Of a stretch of DNA of 47,880 nucleotides, positions 34,501 through 46,270 are shown one piece after another (positions within the stretch are counted from its first letter, which is position 1; each line of letters starts with the position of its first letter). Source of the DNA: Octopus bimaculoides (Eukaryota); the NCBI RefSeq assembly GCF_001194135.2, contig NC_068981.1, positions 96,116,118 to 96,163,997 of the forward strand. Reading direction: 5' to 3'. The notes beneath the pieces are model-generated. The model made no database searches. It saw nothing but the letters and a program-made list of their open reading frames with translations, and was not told where the DNA came from. The position numbers and the translations under genes were made by a program.

Positions 34501-37500
34501 AACCTTGGTGGAATTTGAACACACAATGTAAAAATGGATGAAATACCACTAATTCTGCCAGCTTGCCATCTTAGAAGTGGTATTAATACTAATAGTGAAA
34601 TGGTGAATGAACATAAATACTCCAAGCAAATATTTGGATTTGTACAGTGGTCTTACCAGCATGAAGATGAAAACAATAGATATAAAACAAGACACATGAT
34701 ACAGATGAAAAACCACTAAGCGTGTACCAGCTTGAAATAAGAATATCATTACACTAAACTAATCAAAGAATTTACAAGTTTCTTTTCTTTAAGATTCTTT
34801 CACACTTCAGTATAAAGCAATTAAAGATATGAAAACAGAAAAAGCCCCTGATCCAACAGGAATCACTACTGAGATGCTTAAAATATCTGGAAGAGTAGGT
34901 TATGGTCTAGTCACCCATATAGTTAATCAGATTATTCAGGAAGGTGCAATCCTCAGTGACTGGTGAAGCAACATCATACTTAGTTGCCACAAGGGAAGGG
35001 AGATGCCTTAAATAGAAGTAATTATAGAGGCATCAAATTGCTGGAGCAGGTGATAAAAGTTATGGAGAGAATTATAGCCCAATTAATTAGGAAAAGAATT
35101 AGACTAGATGAAATGCAATTTGGCTTTGTGCCAAGAAGCAGCAGTACGGATGCTATGTTTGTAGTCAAGCAACTACAAGAGAAGTATTTGGTTAAGAAGG
35201 AGCCATTGTACTTGGCATTTGTTGATCTGGAGAAAGCCTTTGACCGGTGGTCTCTGAAGTAACTAGGGGTAGACAGATGGCTTGTGAAAGCATTACTGGC
35301 CATGTACAGAGGATTAGTTAGTGAGATAAAAGTTAACCATGAGCACAGTGATAAATTTAGTGTACAGGTAGGTGTTTATGAAGACTTGGCCTGCAGTTCC
35401 TTCCTATTTATCATTATCCTCTGGGCCATAACATAAATTTAAGACTGGAAGCCCATGGGAACTACTGTATGGTGGTGATTTTGCTGTCATAGTAGAATCT
35501 ATAGCAGAACCAGAAAAGTAATTCTAGACATGGAAACAAAACCTGGAATCAAAGAGCCTTAAAGTTAACCTAAGTCCTAGTAAGCAAGAAATCAGACAGG
35601 ATGTTACCCACTTCAAGTAAATGGGCTTCCTCAATGTGTAGGAAAGGTGTAGGCAGGAATTCCATTCAGTGTACCCAATGCAAGCTATGGGACCTGCTAC
35701 ATCTTTGATGCCTTGCAGCTTGGCCATGACCTTGATCTTACGGATCCAGGTGGTCAATCTTCCTTGTCACAGAAAGGTCTGATGGCATCGCTGTGATCCT
35801 TATTTTCACTGCCATCTTGTGGAAGAGGACAACAACAACAAAGAAAATATATATATATATATATATGAGTGCTGAAATAGCGTGCAGTATGTGAGAAATG
35901 TAATGTGAGGAAAAAAGGTTCACCTACCTTTCAATGTCAGCTATCCAGCTGGGTTAAATCTGTAGCATGCCCTACCCATCTCACCTATACTAGAGCCTGC
36001 TACTAAAGTCCTTTCCAGTTCACTCATCTCCCTAATGTCCATTCCCTGCAACATCGCAGTGTGAAAGAGGACCATGCTGGTGCTACTTTCCTCACTTCAT
36101 CTCTCCCTCTTTCTCTTCCAGTAGGGCCGATCAGCTATTGATGTCATTGCCCTTCTGGTTCACCTCATCCCTACAGACACTCTAAAAGTAGTAGATAATT
36201 TCTGCTACCTAGGTGACCTAATTAACAATGGAGGTGGCTGCACTGAAAGTGTAACTGCTAGGATAAGAATGGGATGGAGGAAGTTGAGAGAGTTTTACCT
36301 CTGTTGGCAACCAAAGGTCTCTCTCTCTCTCTCTCTGAGTGAAAGGAAATTTATATGATGCATGTATATGAACAGCAATGCTATATGGTAGTGAGATTTG
36401 GGCTCTGACTGCACAAGACATGCAACGTACAAGAGAGAAGACTATGCTGGTTTGGTCATGTGATGCATGTGGATAAGAACAGTTACATAAAGAAGTGCCA
36501 ATAACTTTAAGTGGATTAAACTTGTGGGAGAGGGAGACCCAGGAAGATATGGGATGAAATATAGAAGGTCGATCTCAAAATGCTAAGCTTTACAAAGGAG
36601 ATGACCAAGATACTTGACACCTTGCTGTACTCAAGAAGAGCTGATACCCTAAAACCACCTTTATCTGTCCTTTCTATACTATAAAGCTCTCAAATGGCAC
36701 AAAGCCACTCTCCTTCTATACTACCCCACCACTCCCAGTTAAGGGGCTTTTGTTGTGCAAGGTACTTGGTGACCTTGTCAGTGATGGTGCCACATAAAAA
36801 GTCCCCAGTACACTCACTAAAGTGGTTGGTATTAGGAAGGGCATCAATTTATAGAAACCATGCTAAAACAGACAATGGAACCTGGTGCAGCTCCTATCAA
36901 ACCATCCCACCCATGGCAGCATGGAAAACAGGCATTAAATGATGATGATACTTTGCACCATTACAAAAAATAGACAGATTATTTATAATTAATATTGACT
37001 TCACATTATGAATGAACCAATTTCTGACTATAATAGGAAATATAAACAAAAGAAGTATATGTTGTCCTCTCACAATCATTTCATGGGATTGATAAAGACA
37101 AGAACCTAATCTAATGAAAGAGCCCAGTCAAAATGTTATAGTTATTATTCTCCCTAATTGCAAACAAACTTATACTCCATTTGTTTATATTTTCTGATTC
37201 ATACCAATATAAGCCAACACAAAACTGCCAACTCAACTCCAGAGATGATGATCCTTGAAACTCACTGAAGTCTTCTGTGTTCTTTTGTTCTTTTTTCAGA
37301 TTCTCACGGCATATTTCAAGCTGATTTCCTATTAATTTTATCTGGAATTGCAGTTTCCCCTTCTCATCACAGATTTCTTTGAGTTTGGTCTGGTGTTGCT
37401 TTTGAAGGACAACATTTGTCTCCTTCTCTGAGGCCAGTTTTTTCTCGGTTGCTTTCTGATGGTTCTCCAAAGATCTAGAATAGTGAGAAAATGGATATGG

Positions 37501-40500
37501 AACCAACAATTTTGTTGTTGTTTATCCCCAAGTCAGTACTCATCAAAATCTTTACAAACCTACCACTCCATCTTTTTCTAAGCTACATAGCCTAATGTGT
37601 CCTTTTTTTTAAAGGACAGTTTGGTGCTATTTTAGGGAAATTTGGCTATTATTTCCAGCAGGCTGAGCAACCATACAAAGGCTCTTTCTCTCACTTTTCT
37701 CTCTCTCACACACACACATGCATGCGCACACAAACAAATAAGCAAACAATGTAATAAAAAAAGACAAAGTATTGAGACTTTACAAACTTGTGATATGGCT
37801 GTCATGTATTTGTAGTATACATACTACAGCATGTGACAAAATCCTAATAATAACATCAATTAATTGCTCTATAGGCCTTTTTAAACAGATGTTACACTTT
37901 GCAGAGTAAAATCAGTTTGTTTCTAAATACCAGAATATGCAGGTATTACAAGTAAGAAGCAACAACCAGCTCAACAAAATGAAAGAACAATGTAATGTTA
38001 TGTAGAAATTTAGAGTAGTATGTAGTAAAGCAATGTAGCGTAGCTATTGTTTAACTTCTAGGCCAATTTTGATAGAGGCAGAGCTATCATCAAAAGCATT
38101 CCAACTGTGAATATCTTGCCTTTTGGGGTTTACCTTGGACAACATTATCTAATGTATTTTTCTCTTTTTTTTTAAGACTATAGAATATGATTTGACAGAT
38201 ATTTGATGGCTACTTCTACAAGGTTAAGTGACTATACAGACACTTCCTAATACTGTAATATAGTGTGGTGTAATAATTGTGGTTGCTATGTAGTCCTGAT
38301 GCCTAGTTTGATAGTTTTAAATAACTAAGTGCAATTCACAGTATACTATGCTGCTGTCTGTTTGTAGACCACATCACANNNNNNNNNNNNNNNNNNNNNN
38401 NNNNNNNNNNNNNNNNNNNNNNNNNNNNNNNNNNNNNNNNNNNNNNNNNNNNNNNNNNNNNNNNNNNNNNNNNNNNNNNNNNNNNNNGAACATTTTCCTA
38501 AATTTTTATATGCCTGTAATATCTGGCGGTGGCAACTGAGAAGGCAAGCAAGATGAACTGAGCCAGAGTAAAACTGGCTCTTCCTCAGTACTTTAAGAAC
38601 TGATGAGATTAGTGATGCTGACATTGTGTGTGTGTGCATGTTGCTGCTACTGTCATTGCTGGTTATGGTATAACATGTGCATTGTAATATAATGTGGTTT
38701 TGGTGATTGGAGTGGTTTGTGCTTAAAATGTACATCAGGAGACATCTCAAAAGTTTTAACACACTCCAGTATTGCAATATTTCAAAAAATGTTCCTCTCA
38801 AATTGTTTCTTGGGTTGAATCATTCCAGCTGACATTATTTTGATTCAGTCCCAGTGCATAGCACCTTGAGCAAACATCTTCTACTATATAGCTCCATGCC
38901 AACCAATGCTTTATGTGCAATTTTGATAGATGGAAACTGTTTTGAAGCCCATCATATATGTGTGTGTGTCTTTGTGTTTGCTCTCTTGCCACCCCCACTT
39001 GACAACTGGTATTGGTTTATTTATGTCTCCATAATTTAGTGGTTCTGCAAAAGAGACTGATAGAATAAGTAACAGATTTAAAAAATAAGTACTGGGGTCA
39101 ATTTGTTCAACTAAAGCCCTTCAAATGGTGCCCCAGCATGGCTGCAGTCCAATGACTGAAACAAGTAAAAGATAAAAAGAGATAAATATGGATTTAAACT
39201 CTAGCAATGACATCATAGTGGAAAGTAGACTACACTTTAATTTTCTGGCAGAAGTAAAACCAAAAAGGATCAAACTTTAAATCTCTTGGACAATGCCTGA
39301 TTTTCAGGACTAGCCAATCTATGTTAGTATGGAAAATCCAAAAGAAATTTGAGGTAATTAACAAATATATTGAGTGAATTTGGAACCATAATATTCATTT
39401 ATGTTTTATAATTATAACCTTAGACTTAAGAGATTTTACTTCATGACTTGAATTAAACCATATTACTATGAGTGGCTCAATTTTTTGATTCTTGGATATT
39501 TGTATTTTGTTGGAACAATTGAAGCAGGGTTCAATGAAGGATTGATGACTCATATTTGGTGATTAGTGTTGTGTTGTAGCCATGGTCAAGAACTTAACTC
39601 TCTGAAGCCCAGTTAATCTAGATATAAATGGGTACTATGGGCTAACTATAATTGAACCAATATAAACATGGCATCACTATCATGTATGTATTAGTTTGCA
39701 GTGCTAAAGACAATGCAAATTCTCAAAAAGCTAGCAGGTATCCATTTTGGGATATCTTCAACCATGAAGTAATGGTGGTTATTAGCAGCTAAGCATATTT
39801 AGGCATACAATGTAATGAGACTAGAGGCTTATAACAGTATAGAAAAGAAAGAGAAGGAATGATTTCTTGAACCAAAGAGTGTAATATTGTTATACTTGTT
39901 TTTCTTTTCCACCAATGCCATTTCCGTTTTCAGGTGCTCAGTTTCAGTCACTAATGTTTCGATCTGTCGGCAGATAACACTGAGGTCTTTGTCCTGTTCA
40001 TGACTATACTTTGAGATTTCGTTGAATGACATCCAGGAATCATCTATATCTGGCTTTATTATTAACTTGTTGATATTAGATGGCAAATTCAATTTTTGGC
40101 ATGTCTTGAAAATGGCGAATGCAGATCTTTTGAAACTTCTCTGAATGACGGAACATGACTCACATGGCACAAAGGCAGTCTCAACTGTTTGAGTTGACTT
40201 GAAACACACATCTTTTGACATGACACTGTAGAGACTTCCATCAGGTGACATAGGCTTGCGAGATGAAGAAGAATGTGAAATATTTGGTGCTGATTTACAA
40301 GTGCTGGTTTCAGGGTGTTCAGTAACATGCTGCTTTTTTCTATTTTTTAACTAAAGAAAATAAACAGAATTAAAATAATAAGATTAATAACTTCATAACG
40401 ATACTATTTTACCAAAAATAAGGAAAGATTAAAACAGTATTCCAAAGGATTTGTGAAGATGATGTGACAAACAACAGATGGACACCTAGAGAGATGGACA

Positions 40501-41506
40501 GTGGAATAGACACAGAGTAAATGAATATATAAAATAATGGAATAACTGATGGATGTATGGATAGTCAGATGGTTAAAAGGAAAGGTGAGCACACAAAAAT
40601 TGAGGAATAAGGTAATTGAAAGGTGCAGAGAAGTTCGGGTAAAAGAAAGAGATAAATGGAAGAGTTGATGGACAGACAGATGGATATTGTTTCTAAAAAA
40701 TGAAAGTAAACAATTACTGGATATATTTTAATGTCCAGAATAGCAATTGCATATTGTGAATAAATTCTGAATTTCATATCAGAAGTGAAACTCATCAAAA
40801 GACAAGTATCCAACAATTGAAACTAACAACTATTACTAAAATGAATGAACAGACAAAGCTATTTGATTAAGAAGTTCATTTCATAGCCTTGGGCTAGTAT
40901 CCTGTATTATAGCTTCAGCTTAACTTGTGAGTAAAATTTGGTAAATGGAAACCCATCACACACACACACAAACATGCAGGTGTAGCAGTGTCGTTAAAAA
41001 GTTTACTTTTCAACCACATGGTTCTGGGTTCAGTCACACAGCATGGCACTTGAGCAAGTGTCTTCTACTATAGCTTTGGGCTGACCAAAGACTTGTGAGG
41101 GTATCTATTAGACAGAAACTGAAAAAATGGCCACAGTACATGCATGTCTGTGTGTGAGTGTGTGTGTTTGTGTTTCCTTGTCTTGACATTGCGTGGTAGT
41201 TGTAAATGAGTGTCACTGTCATATGAGCAGTGTCTTTCATTTCTAGTTTCTAATTTCTACAAAAACATACCTGGCCATGAGGGAATATTATCTTGCTTGG
41301 AAACAGGTGAGGGTTGGTAATAGGAAGGGTATCTGACTATTAAAAAATCTGCCTCAACAAATTCTGTTCAGCCCATGCAAGCATGGATAAGTGGACATTT
41401 AAAATGAATGATGAATTAAGTATATATATATATATATATAGATATATATATATGTGTGTGTCTGTGTGTATATATATATATATATATGTGTATATATATA
41501 TATATA

Positions 41507-41569
<63 letters not shown>

Positions 41570-42994
41570 TTTCACACTCTAAGTAGCCCAAAATAAACTG
41601 CAACATTGGATGGGAGCTACAGGAAGATGACCAAAATGCACACCATCAGAAGGAATCAGCCTTGGCATTTTACTCGGAGAAATTCGCTATCTACCTGGAT
41701 ATCATATTCCTCCTGTTACTATATGTTGTAACGTAATTTGTTATATACAATAAATAAGATAACCGGTCAACAGTAAAATCAATGTAATGAATTAACAAAT
41801 TCTTTATGAACCAACAATCAATATTCTTTGTGAACAAACCAACCGACACCTTCCAACTGCACACTGAACTAATGCAAACTTCACTCAACACTATTTATAC
41901 TTTACTCAGACCAGTCTATCTCTCGCAAGGGGATGTTGTAACTCTCATCACACCTCCCCATTTGAGATTTTGACTACTGTCAGAAAGTGGAATTTCTTTT
42001 ATTTTTTTCTTTCCAGCACCTCTCCCTCTTTTTTCTTTTTTAACTTTTGTATCTTAATTGTTGCCCTACTTTTAAGGTAGTATTGTTTGTTGCACATAGC
42101 ACTTTTGTTAGCACTCTTGTTTTTTTTTTCTTTTTTGAAAATTTAATATCTTTTTCCAGATATTCAGTCTGTTTTCGCTTTCTGAAGCTAATTCTACAGG
42201 GTTCAATATTTCTCGGTGCTGGCACTTCAAACATATCATAGAAGACTTCCATTGGTATTATCCTTAATTTTTCTGTATGTCTCATCTTTAACTGGTTAAG
42301 GTGTTTCTTATGTTCCGAATGTTGTCCTTTAATTAAATACATCATGTTACCTAATCTTTTGATTACACAGCCATCCTCCCAACCTTCTTTATCATTTTTG
42401 TAATTTTTAAAATGAACTTTAGTCTCCTACTTTGAAATGTTTTGTAATATTTCTTTTATTTCCTTCAAATGTATTTTTGTCTTTCCTTTATATGTATTTT
42501 TTCCTGGCAATAATTTATCAAAGATCAATTTTATTTTACGTGTGAACATTAACTCAGCTGGTGACTTTCCTCAATTAGTATTTGGATTTGGCATTATTCA
42601 ATATACTCTCAAAACTTTCATTAGTGCTTTGTCATTATGTAGCTCATTCCTAGCTTTTCTTAGAGCTCTTTTAAATATATCAACAAATTGTTAAATAACC
42701 TATGTGAGCTTTGAAAACCTCGTTGCCAGAAATTGTAATGTAATTTGTTACATAAATAAATAAGATAACCAGTCAACAGTAAAAACAATGTAACGAACTA
42801 ACAAATCTCTTTATGAACCAACAATCAATATTCCTTGTGAACTAACCAACTGACTCCTTCCAACTTCACTGTAAACTAACACAAACTTCACTCGACTCTG
42901 AACTCTGAACCTTGACCTCACTCGGATCATTACTATTTATACTTTACTCAGATCAGTCTATCTCTTGCAAGGGGCGTCGTAGCTCTAATCACAA

Positions 42995-43042
<48 letters not shown>

Positions 43043-45159
43043 ATGTATAGATTTAGATATGTGTGTGTATGTGTAGGTGTATAGAGATATAGATATAGAC
43101 ATAGATATTATCATTATCATCATCATCATGCATTATAATTGGGAAGGATAGTGGAAGGAGTAATGAGATATGAGAGGTGGAGGACGAGGAGAAACTGAGT
43201 ATGCACATATATGTAGTGTGTATAATCTGAGCCTGGAATGCATATGGAGAATTCAAATAAAACATTAGAAATAAAATGTAAACACAAAACCAAATAAGAT
43301 ATAATAAATAAAATGATACTACAACAAATAAGGTAGGAACTTGAAGGATTCAAACCAATCAAAGAACTTAAAAGTTTCTTTTTTTTAAGATTCTTTCACA
43401 CTTCTCTTTTATTGTAAGTGTCTATTTGAAATATAGAAAAATAGGTGTAAAAAAAGGAAAAGCTTACCTCATCCAAAATCTGAAGTAAAGTTTTCTGCAG
43501 GAATTCATGCAAAAGCCAGGTCTGACGAGCAACAAGTCCTACAGAATTGTTGCCAGCTTCTAAATTTGAGTTATTTAAGAGTAATATGTTCTTTCCTTTT
43601 GTTAACATTTTCAAAAGACTTTTACTAAATTCATTTGAAACATGAAGAAGATAGACCATTCTGGAAATAAAGAAAAAATTTAAAGTATTTTCTATCACTA
43701 TTAACAACTGGTTCAAGCATTGAAAAGCACACTTGTTTTTAAATTAGTCTCATTTTAAACTATTCTTTTTGAACATATTGCCTTCAAATTTTGATACAAG
43801 GCCAGTAAATTTTATTAACCCACAAAGATGAAAGGCAAAGCTAACCTTGGTGAAATGCTGCTAAGCATTTTACCCAGCATGCTAAAAGCTCTGCCAGCTC
43901 ACCTGATCATATTAATTACATAATACAGTACATAGCATTTTAGGTTATCCTTTATCAAAGAGCATTGCTCCAAATATAAGATTTTCATTCTCTTCATAGG
44001 ACATGAACATAGTCTTTTCATTTCTTAGTTTGTTTATAGTATTACAGATAAAGCCATGCTGGTGACCCACCATATATGATTTTTATCAAATCAATTCTTG
44101 CCAACACAGACTACCAATAACACTAGTGATTGTGTTCCATTGTAGAATTTCAATAATATATTACATGCAATAATCAGATTAATATAAGTTTAGAGACAAC
44201 CAGTAATAGAGAGCTTAATTTTACTTTCCTCAACAGTTTAACGAGTGCTGTGAATAATTGAGTCAGTGTAGTAACAAACGATAACCATCAGAAGACTAGT
44301 CATTTACTTTTCACTCCAGCTATGCTGCATTTATGGCTAAGATGCATAATTCTTATTAGCTCAGTTCACCTAGTTGTAAATGCAAATTTTTATGAATTTA
44401 TACTACCCTTTTTAATTGAACAACTGAATTAGTTGATTTGCTAGAAACAGCAGTTAAATCTTCTTTAGATCACATTCTACCATCTTGAAAAAGGAAGGAT
44501 GTATTTGGATAATGTAATCTTATTATGTCTGAATAAAAGTTTATTTTACCACGACTGAAACACCTTTGAGCATTAATCTGTTCATTCATAGCTGATCCTG
44601 TGGTTAAAGAATTACAATCAAAACAACTTGGTGTTGACTGACAATAACAATAGAGATGATGGTGGAGGGTGGAATAGATTACATTTGTAACATTATAAAC
44701 TTAGCAAGTGTGTTGTTTGCTCACAGCGATAAGCTTGTTCTTCCTGTGGAGTTCAACTGTGAGGGAAACCTTAACATCAAAACCATTATTTCTAATTTTA
44801 TTACCACCATACCATTGTGAACTCAAGATGAAATCAGACAAATAGAGAAAATAAAATACACAAATATTCAAAGAACCAACAGTAAACTTTCCTCACCTGT
44901 CAATGAGCAAATCATAAAAAGCAATATGAGCAATTTGTTTAGCTTCCAACTGGTTTTCATCAGATATGCTCGTAAAATTTAAATAATGAACCAATAGCTT
45001 TTCAATGTCTATATCTCCAGCTTGTTGACTTGGGAACTTCCAAGATGGGTAACTGAGAGGACCAAGACGAGAACTGTATTCACTAATAATTGCTTGCAAA
45101 TCAAAAATATCCTCCTTAAGTGAGTCTAAGCAGGCAGCAGAACCCAGCAAATCAGCCAT
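23852..45159 (-). CDS. CCDC157: Coiled-coil domain-containing protein 157 orthologue, nine coding exons, 743 aa
   Basis: N-terminus [22 protein letters not shown]...YPSWKFP matches recalled human CCDC157 ([22 protein letters not shown]...FPSWKFP). Later motifs [26 protein letters not shown] and [13 protein letters not shown] also match. GT-AG boundaries with compatible phases sum to 2232 nt. Confidence 0.9.
24690..25530 (-). mobile_element. RTE-clade LINE 3' fragment with tail
   Basis: Minus translation [21 protein letters not shown]...[20 protein letters not shown], followed by the 3' UTR and (GAT)n tail at about 24690-24715. Confidence 0.85.
26285..26680 (+). mobile_element. Family A SINE variant with an RTE-derived tail
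   Basis: gtggttgtgtggtaagaagtttgcttccc...gaagggcatccagctatagaaa...gtggacattaaaaagttgatgatgatg. Similar copy at 40975-41415. Confidence 0.7.
26930..27135 (+). mobile_element. RTE-type 3' tail fragment
   Basis: aaaagcacccagta...gagtggctggcattaggaagggcatccagctgtagaaacc...catgccagcatggaaaacggatgttaaa. Confidence 0.75.
27296..27444 (-). CDS. CCDC157: CCDC157 coding exon 8
   Basis: Acceptor ccaacag (phase 1), [27 protein letters not shown]...AKL, donor GTAAGG (phase 0). Confidence 0.85.
27570..29520 (-). mobile_element. Tc1/mariner-superfamily (maT/DD37D-like) transposon 3' part, carrying a nested mariner and an internal inversion
   Basis: Minus translation [31 protein letters not shown]...[17 protein letters not shown]...[13 protein letters not shown] (stop 29075-29077). 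The terminal segment continues at 27570-27645 on the far side of the inserted mariner. Confidence 0.75.
27647..29026 (-). mobile_element. Near full-length mariner with both TIRs and TA duplication (middle hidden in gap)
   Basis: TIRs ttgggttgtccggaaagtttgtg / cacaaactttctggacaacccaa, flanked by TA at 27645-46 and 29027-28. Transposase [27 protein letters not shown] [gap] [22 protein letters not shown], with frameshifts and stops. Confidence 0.9.
30075..30190 (+). ncRNA. Decayed hammerhead relic with long stem II, in probable Penelope terminal-repeat sequence (about 29560-30420)
   Basis: CUGAUGA 30080-30086; bulged stem GCACCGUGCCCUGAU/AUCAGCACCGGAUGC; GAAAC 30174-30178. Stem III and the cleavage triplet are disrupted (ACAGCCAUA). 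Confidence 0.35.
30944..31112 (-). CDS. CCDC157: CCDC157 coding exon 7
   Basis: Acceptor taatgtag (phase 0; in-frame alternatives start at 31100 or 31097), [10 protein letters not shown]...[20 protein letters not shown], donor GTAAGT (phase 1). Confidence 0.85.
31430..31745 (+). mobile_element. Family A SINE (5'-truncated, well preserved)
   Basis: accaaagccttgtgagtggatttggtaaacggaaactgaaagaagcc...cttgacaaccgatgg...ccagcatggccacagtcaaatgactgaaac. Confidence 0.85.
31930..32106 (-). CDS. CCDC157: CCDC157 coding exon 6
   Basis: Acceptor gatacag, [16 protein letters not shown]...LKDEE (cf. human SLQAKQRALLKQLDSL), donor GTAACG; 177 nt, phase 0/0. Confidence 0.9.
34023..34213 (-). CDS. CCDC157: CCDC157 coding exon 5
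   Basis: Acceptor ttttag (phase 1), [12 protein letters not shown]...CKSIVKHSE, donor GTTTGT (phase 0). Confidence 0.85.
34395..34570 (-). mobile_element. Family B SINE, antisense
   Basis: Contains aggatgaaaggcaaagacaacc...gaatttgaac, the reverse complement of the family B core. Confidence 0.65.
34805..36950 (+). mobile_element. Decayed RTE-clade LINE (RT domain to 3' tail) with about 470 bp of unrelated sequence at 35700-36170
   Basis: [40 protein letters not shown]; WELLYGGD; [11 protein letters not shown]; [10 protein letters not shown]; tail gaagggcatc..catggaaaacaggcattaaatgatgatg. Confidence 0.85.
37266..37474 (-). CDS. CCDC157: CCDC157 coding exon 4
   Basis: Acceptor ttctag (phase 2), [17 protein letters not shown]...KNTEDF, donor GTGAGT (phase 1); coiled-coil composition. 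Confidence 0.85.
38835..39185 (+). mobile_element. Family A SINE
   Basis: ttcagtcccagtgcatagcacc...cttgacaactgg...ggtgccccagcatggctgcagtccaatgactgaaacaagtaaaag. Confidence 0.8.
39896..40350 (-). CDS. CCDC157: CCDC157 coding exon 3
   Basis: Acceptor ttttctttag (phase 0), LKNRKKQ...[16 protein letters not shown]...CQKLNLPS...EQDKDLSVI...EKKN, weak donor GTATAA (phase 2, required by the next exon). Confidence 0.85.
40975..41415 (+). mobile_element. Family A SINE variant with an RTE-derived tail
   Basis: gggttcagtcacacagcatggcacttgagcaagtgtcttctactatagc...ggaagggtatc...catgcaagcatggataagtggacatt. Confidence 0.75.
41420..41567. repeat. Compound (TA)n/(TG)n microsatellite
   Basis: Seen directly in the sequence. 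Confidence 0.95.
41724..42996 (-). mobile_element. Internally deleted Gypsy/Ty3-type LTR retrotransposon (two LTRs, PBS, integrase C-terminus, PPT)
   Basis: Direct repeats 41724-41952 and about 42734-42996; outer termini TGTTG..CAACA; CTATA on both flanks; PBS-like TGGCAACGAGG 42728-42718; PPT AAATGGGGAGG 41963-41953; integrase remnant [48 protein letters not shown]. Confidence 0.85.
43468..43660 (-). CDS. CCDC157: CCDC157 coding exon 2
   Basis: Acceptor atttccag (phase 2 completes Arg), [24 protein letters not shown] (cf. human SVGLTVRRFW), donor GTAAGC. Confidence 0.85.
43780..43900 (-). mobile_element. Degenerate family B SINE
   Basis: gatgaaaggcaaagctaaccttgg core in antisense orientation. 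Confidence 0.55.
44897..45159 (-). CDS. CCDC157: CCDC157 coding exon 1 (exon probably starts at 45218)
   Basis: ATG at 45159, [14 protein letters not shown]...AFYDLLIDR, donor GTGAGG at 44896; upstream acceptor gtattttttag at 45220-45219. Confidence 0.92.
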
Positions 45160-45329
45160 TTTATTCAAAAGAAACTGTTTCTTGTTTTTAGTTTGTTTTG
45201 GATTTAGTTAATGATGACCTAAAAAATACACAATAGTATTAAATGAAAAGGAAAATACATAAAGTTAGGGCTTTTATCATGGCCCAACCTCACAGCAATA
45301 ATTTATTTACAAAGCATTTTGTCCATTCA

Positions 45330-46270
45330 TTATAGCTTTGTATGAGAAAAGGTGTGATACCATTTCATAAAAATATGGTCCTATGTCATCTCCTATCACC
45401 AGATTGTGAAAAAATATGTTGTCATTGGCATCAAATGCTTCCAGCAGATCACAGCAGACTTCAAACTGAATACCAACTGGCACAGTACCTCATTTTCCCA
45501 CACTTTCCAATGCCCAGTCTTCTGTCTCCTGTAATGCATATTGATCACAGTCCAGTTGTTCAATAAATTCATGGATTGTGTCTCATCTGTCAGTATGAAT
45601 CATCACTGGTGATTTGTGTCAGTGGTTGCAGTTAATGGTCTCCCACAGTTGTTGTTGGCACTCCGTCGCTTATGACGTCGAGGGTTCCAGTTGATCCGAT
45701 CAACGGAACAGCCTGCTTGTGAAATTAACGTGCAAGTGGCTGAGCACTCCACAGACACGTGTACCCTTAACGTAGTTCTCGGGGGAGATTCAGCGTGACA
45801 CTGTGTGACAAGGCTGACCCTTTGAATTACAGGCACAACAGAAACAGGAAGTAAGAGTGAGAGAAAGTTGTGGTGGAAGAGTACAGCAGTGTTCGCCCCA
45901 ATCCCCTGCCGGAACCTTGTGGAGCTTTTAGGTGTTTTCGCTCAATAAACACTCACAACGCCCGGTCTGGGAATCGAAACCGCGAGTCCGCTGCCCTAAC
46001 CACTGGGCCATTGCGCCTCCACCCTCCCACAGTACAGTTTATCTTTAATGCTGATTTGCTCTTGTCAATGATATCGATTCTATAAACAATCCATAGCCTT
46101 CTATGGATGTTAGACAGCCTGTACCCTTCATCAATAAAAAACTCAATGATAGCATGTTGCTTCTGCTTGGAAGCCATTATTTGCTGGAAATACAGACCAA
46201 GAAGACTTCTAGAGAGGAAGAGTTACTCAACCAACATGTGCGATCTGAACAACCAATCTTATTTATGTAC
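45330..46270 (-). mobile_element. Old mariner transposase remnant split by a SINE
   Basis: MASKQKQHAIIEFFIDEG..HRRL..VY | GRPLTATTD..FEVCCDLLEAFDANDNIFFHNLVIGDD (region of the first catalytic Asp). Confidence 0.7.
45650..46023 (-). mobile_element. Young full-length tRNA-derived SINE (family C) with 10-bp TSD
   Basis: A box TGGCCCAGTGG (46010-46000), B-box-like GGTTTCGATTCCC (45981-45969), (AAC)n tail, TSD CTCCCACAGT at 45640-45649 and 46024-46033; many CpGs retained. Confidence 0.9.

Noticed and set aside
38560-38606. 7-bp hairpin GAGCCAG/CTGGCTC followed by CTGATGA, as another hammerhead
   Set aside because: There is no stem II/GAAA downstream and no NUH geometry; likely chance.
42040-42345. 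101-aa lysine-rich ORF as an extra CCDC157 exon
   Set aside because: It is the integrase C-terminus of the LTR element; exons 2 and 3 already join in phase without it.
45960-46025. tRNA gene (also the heads at 23635-23750 and 1400-1471)
   Set aside because: A and B boxes are present but no cloverleaf or anticodon arm can be drawn, and each continues into SINE body sequence.
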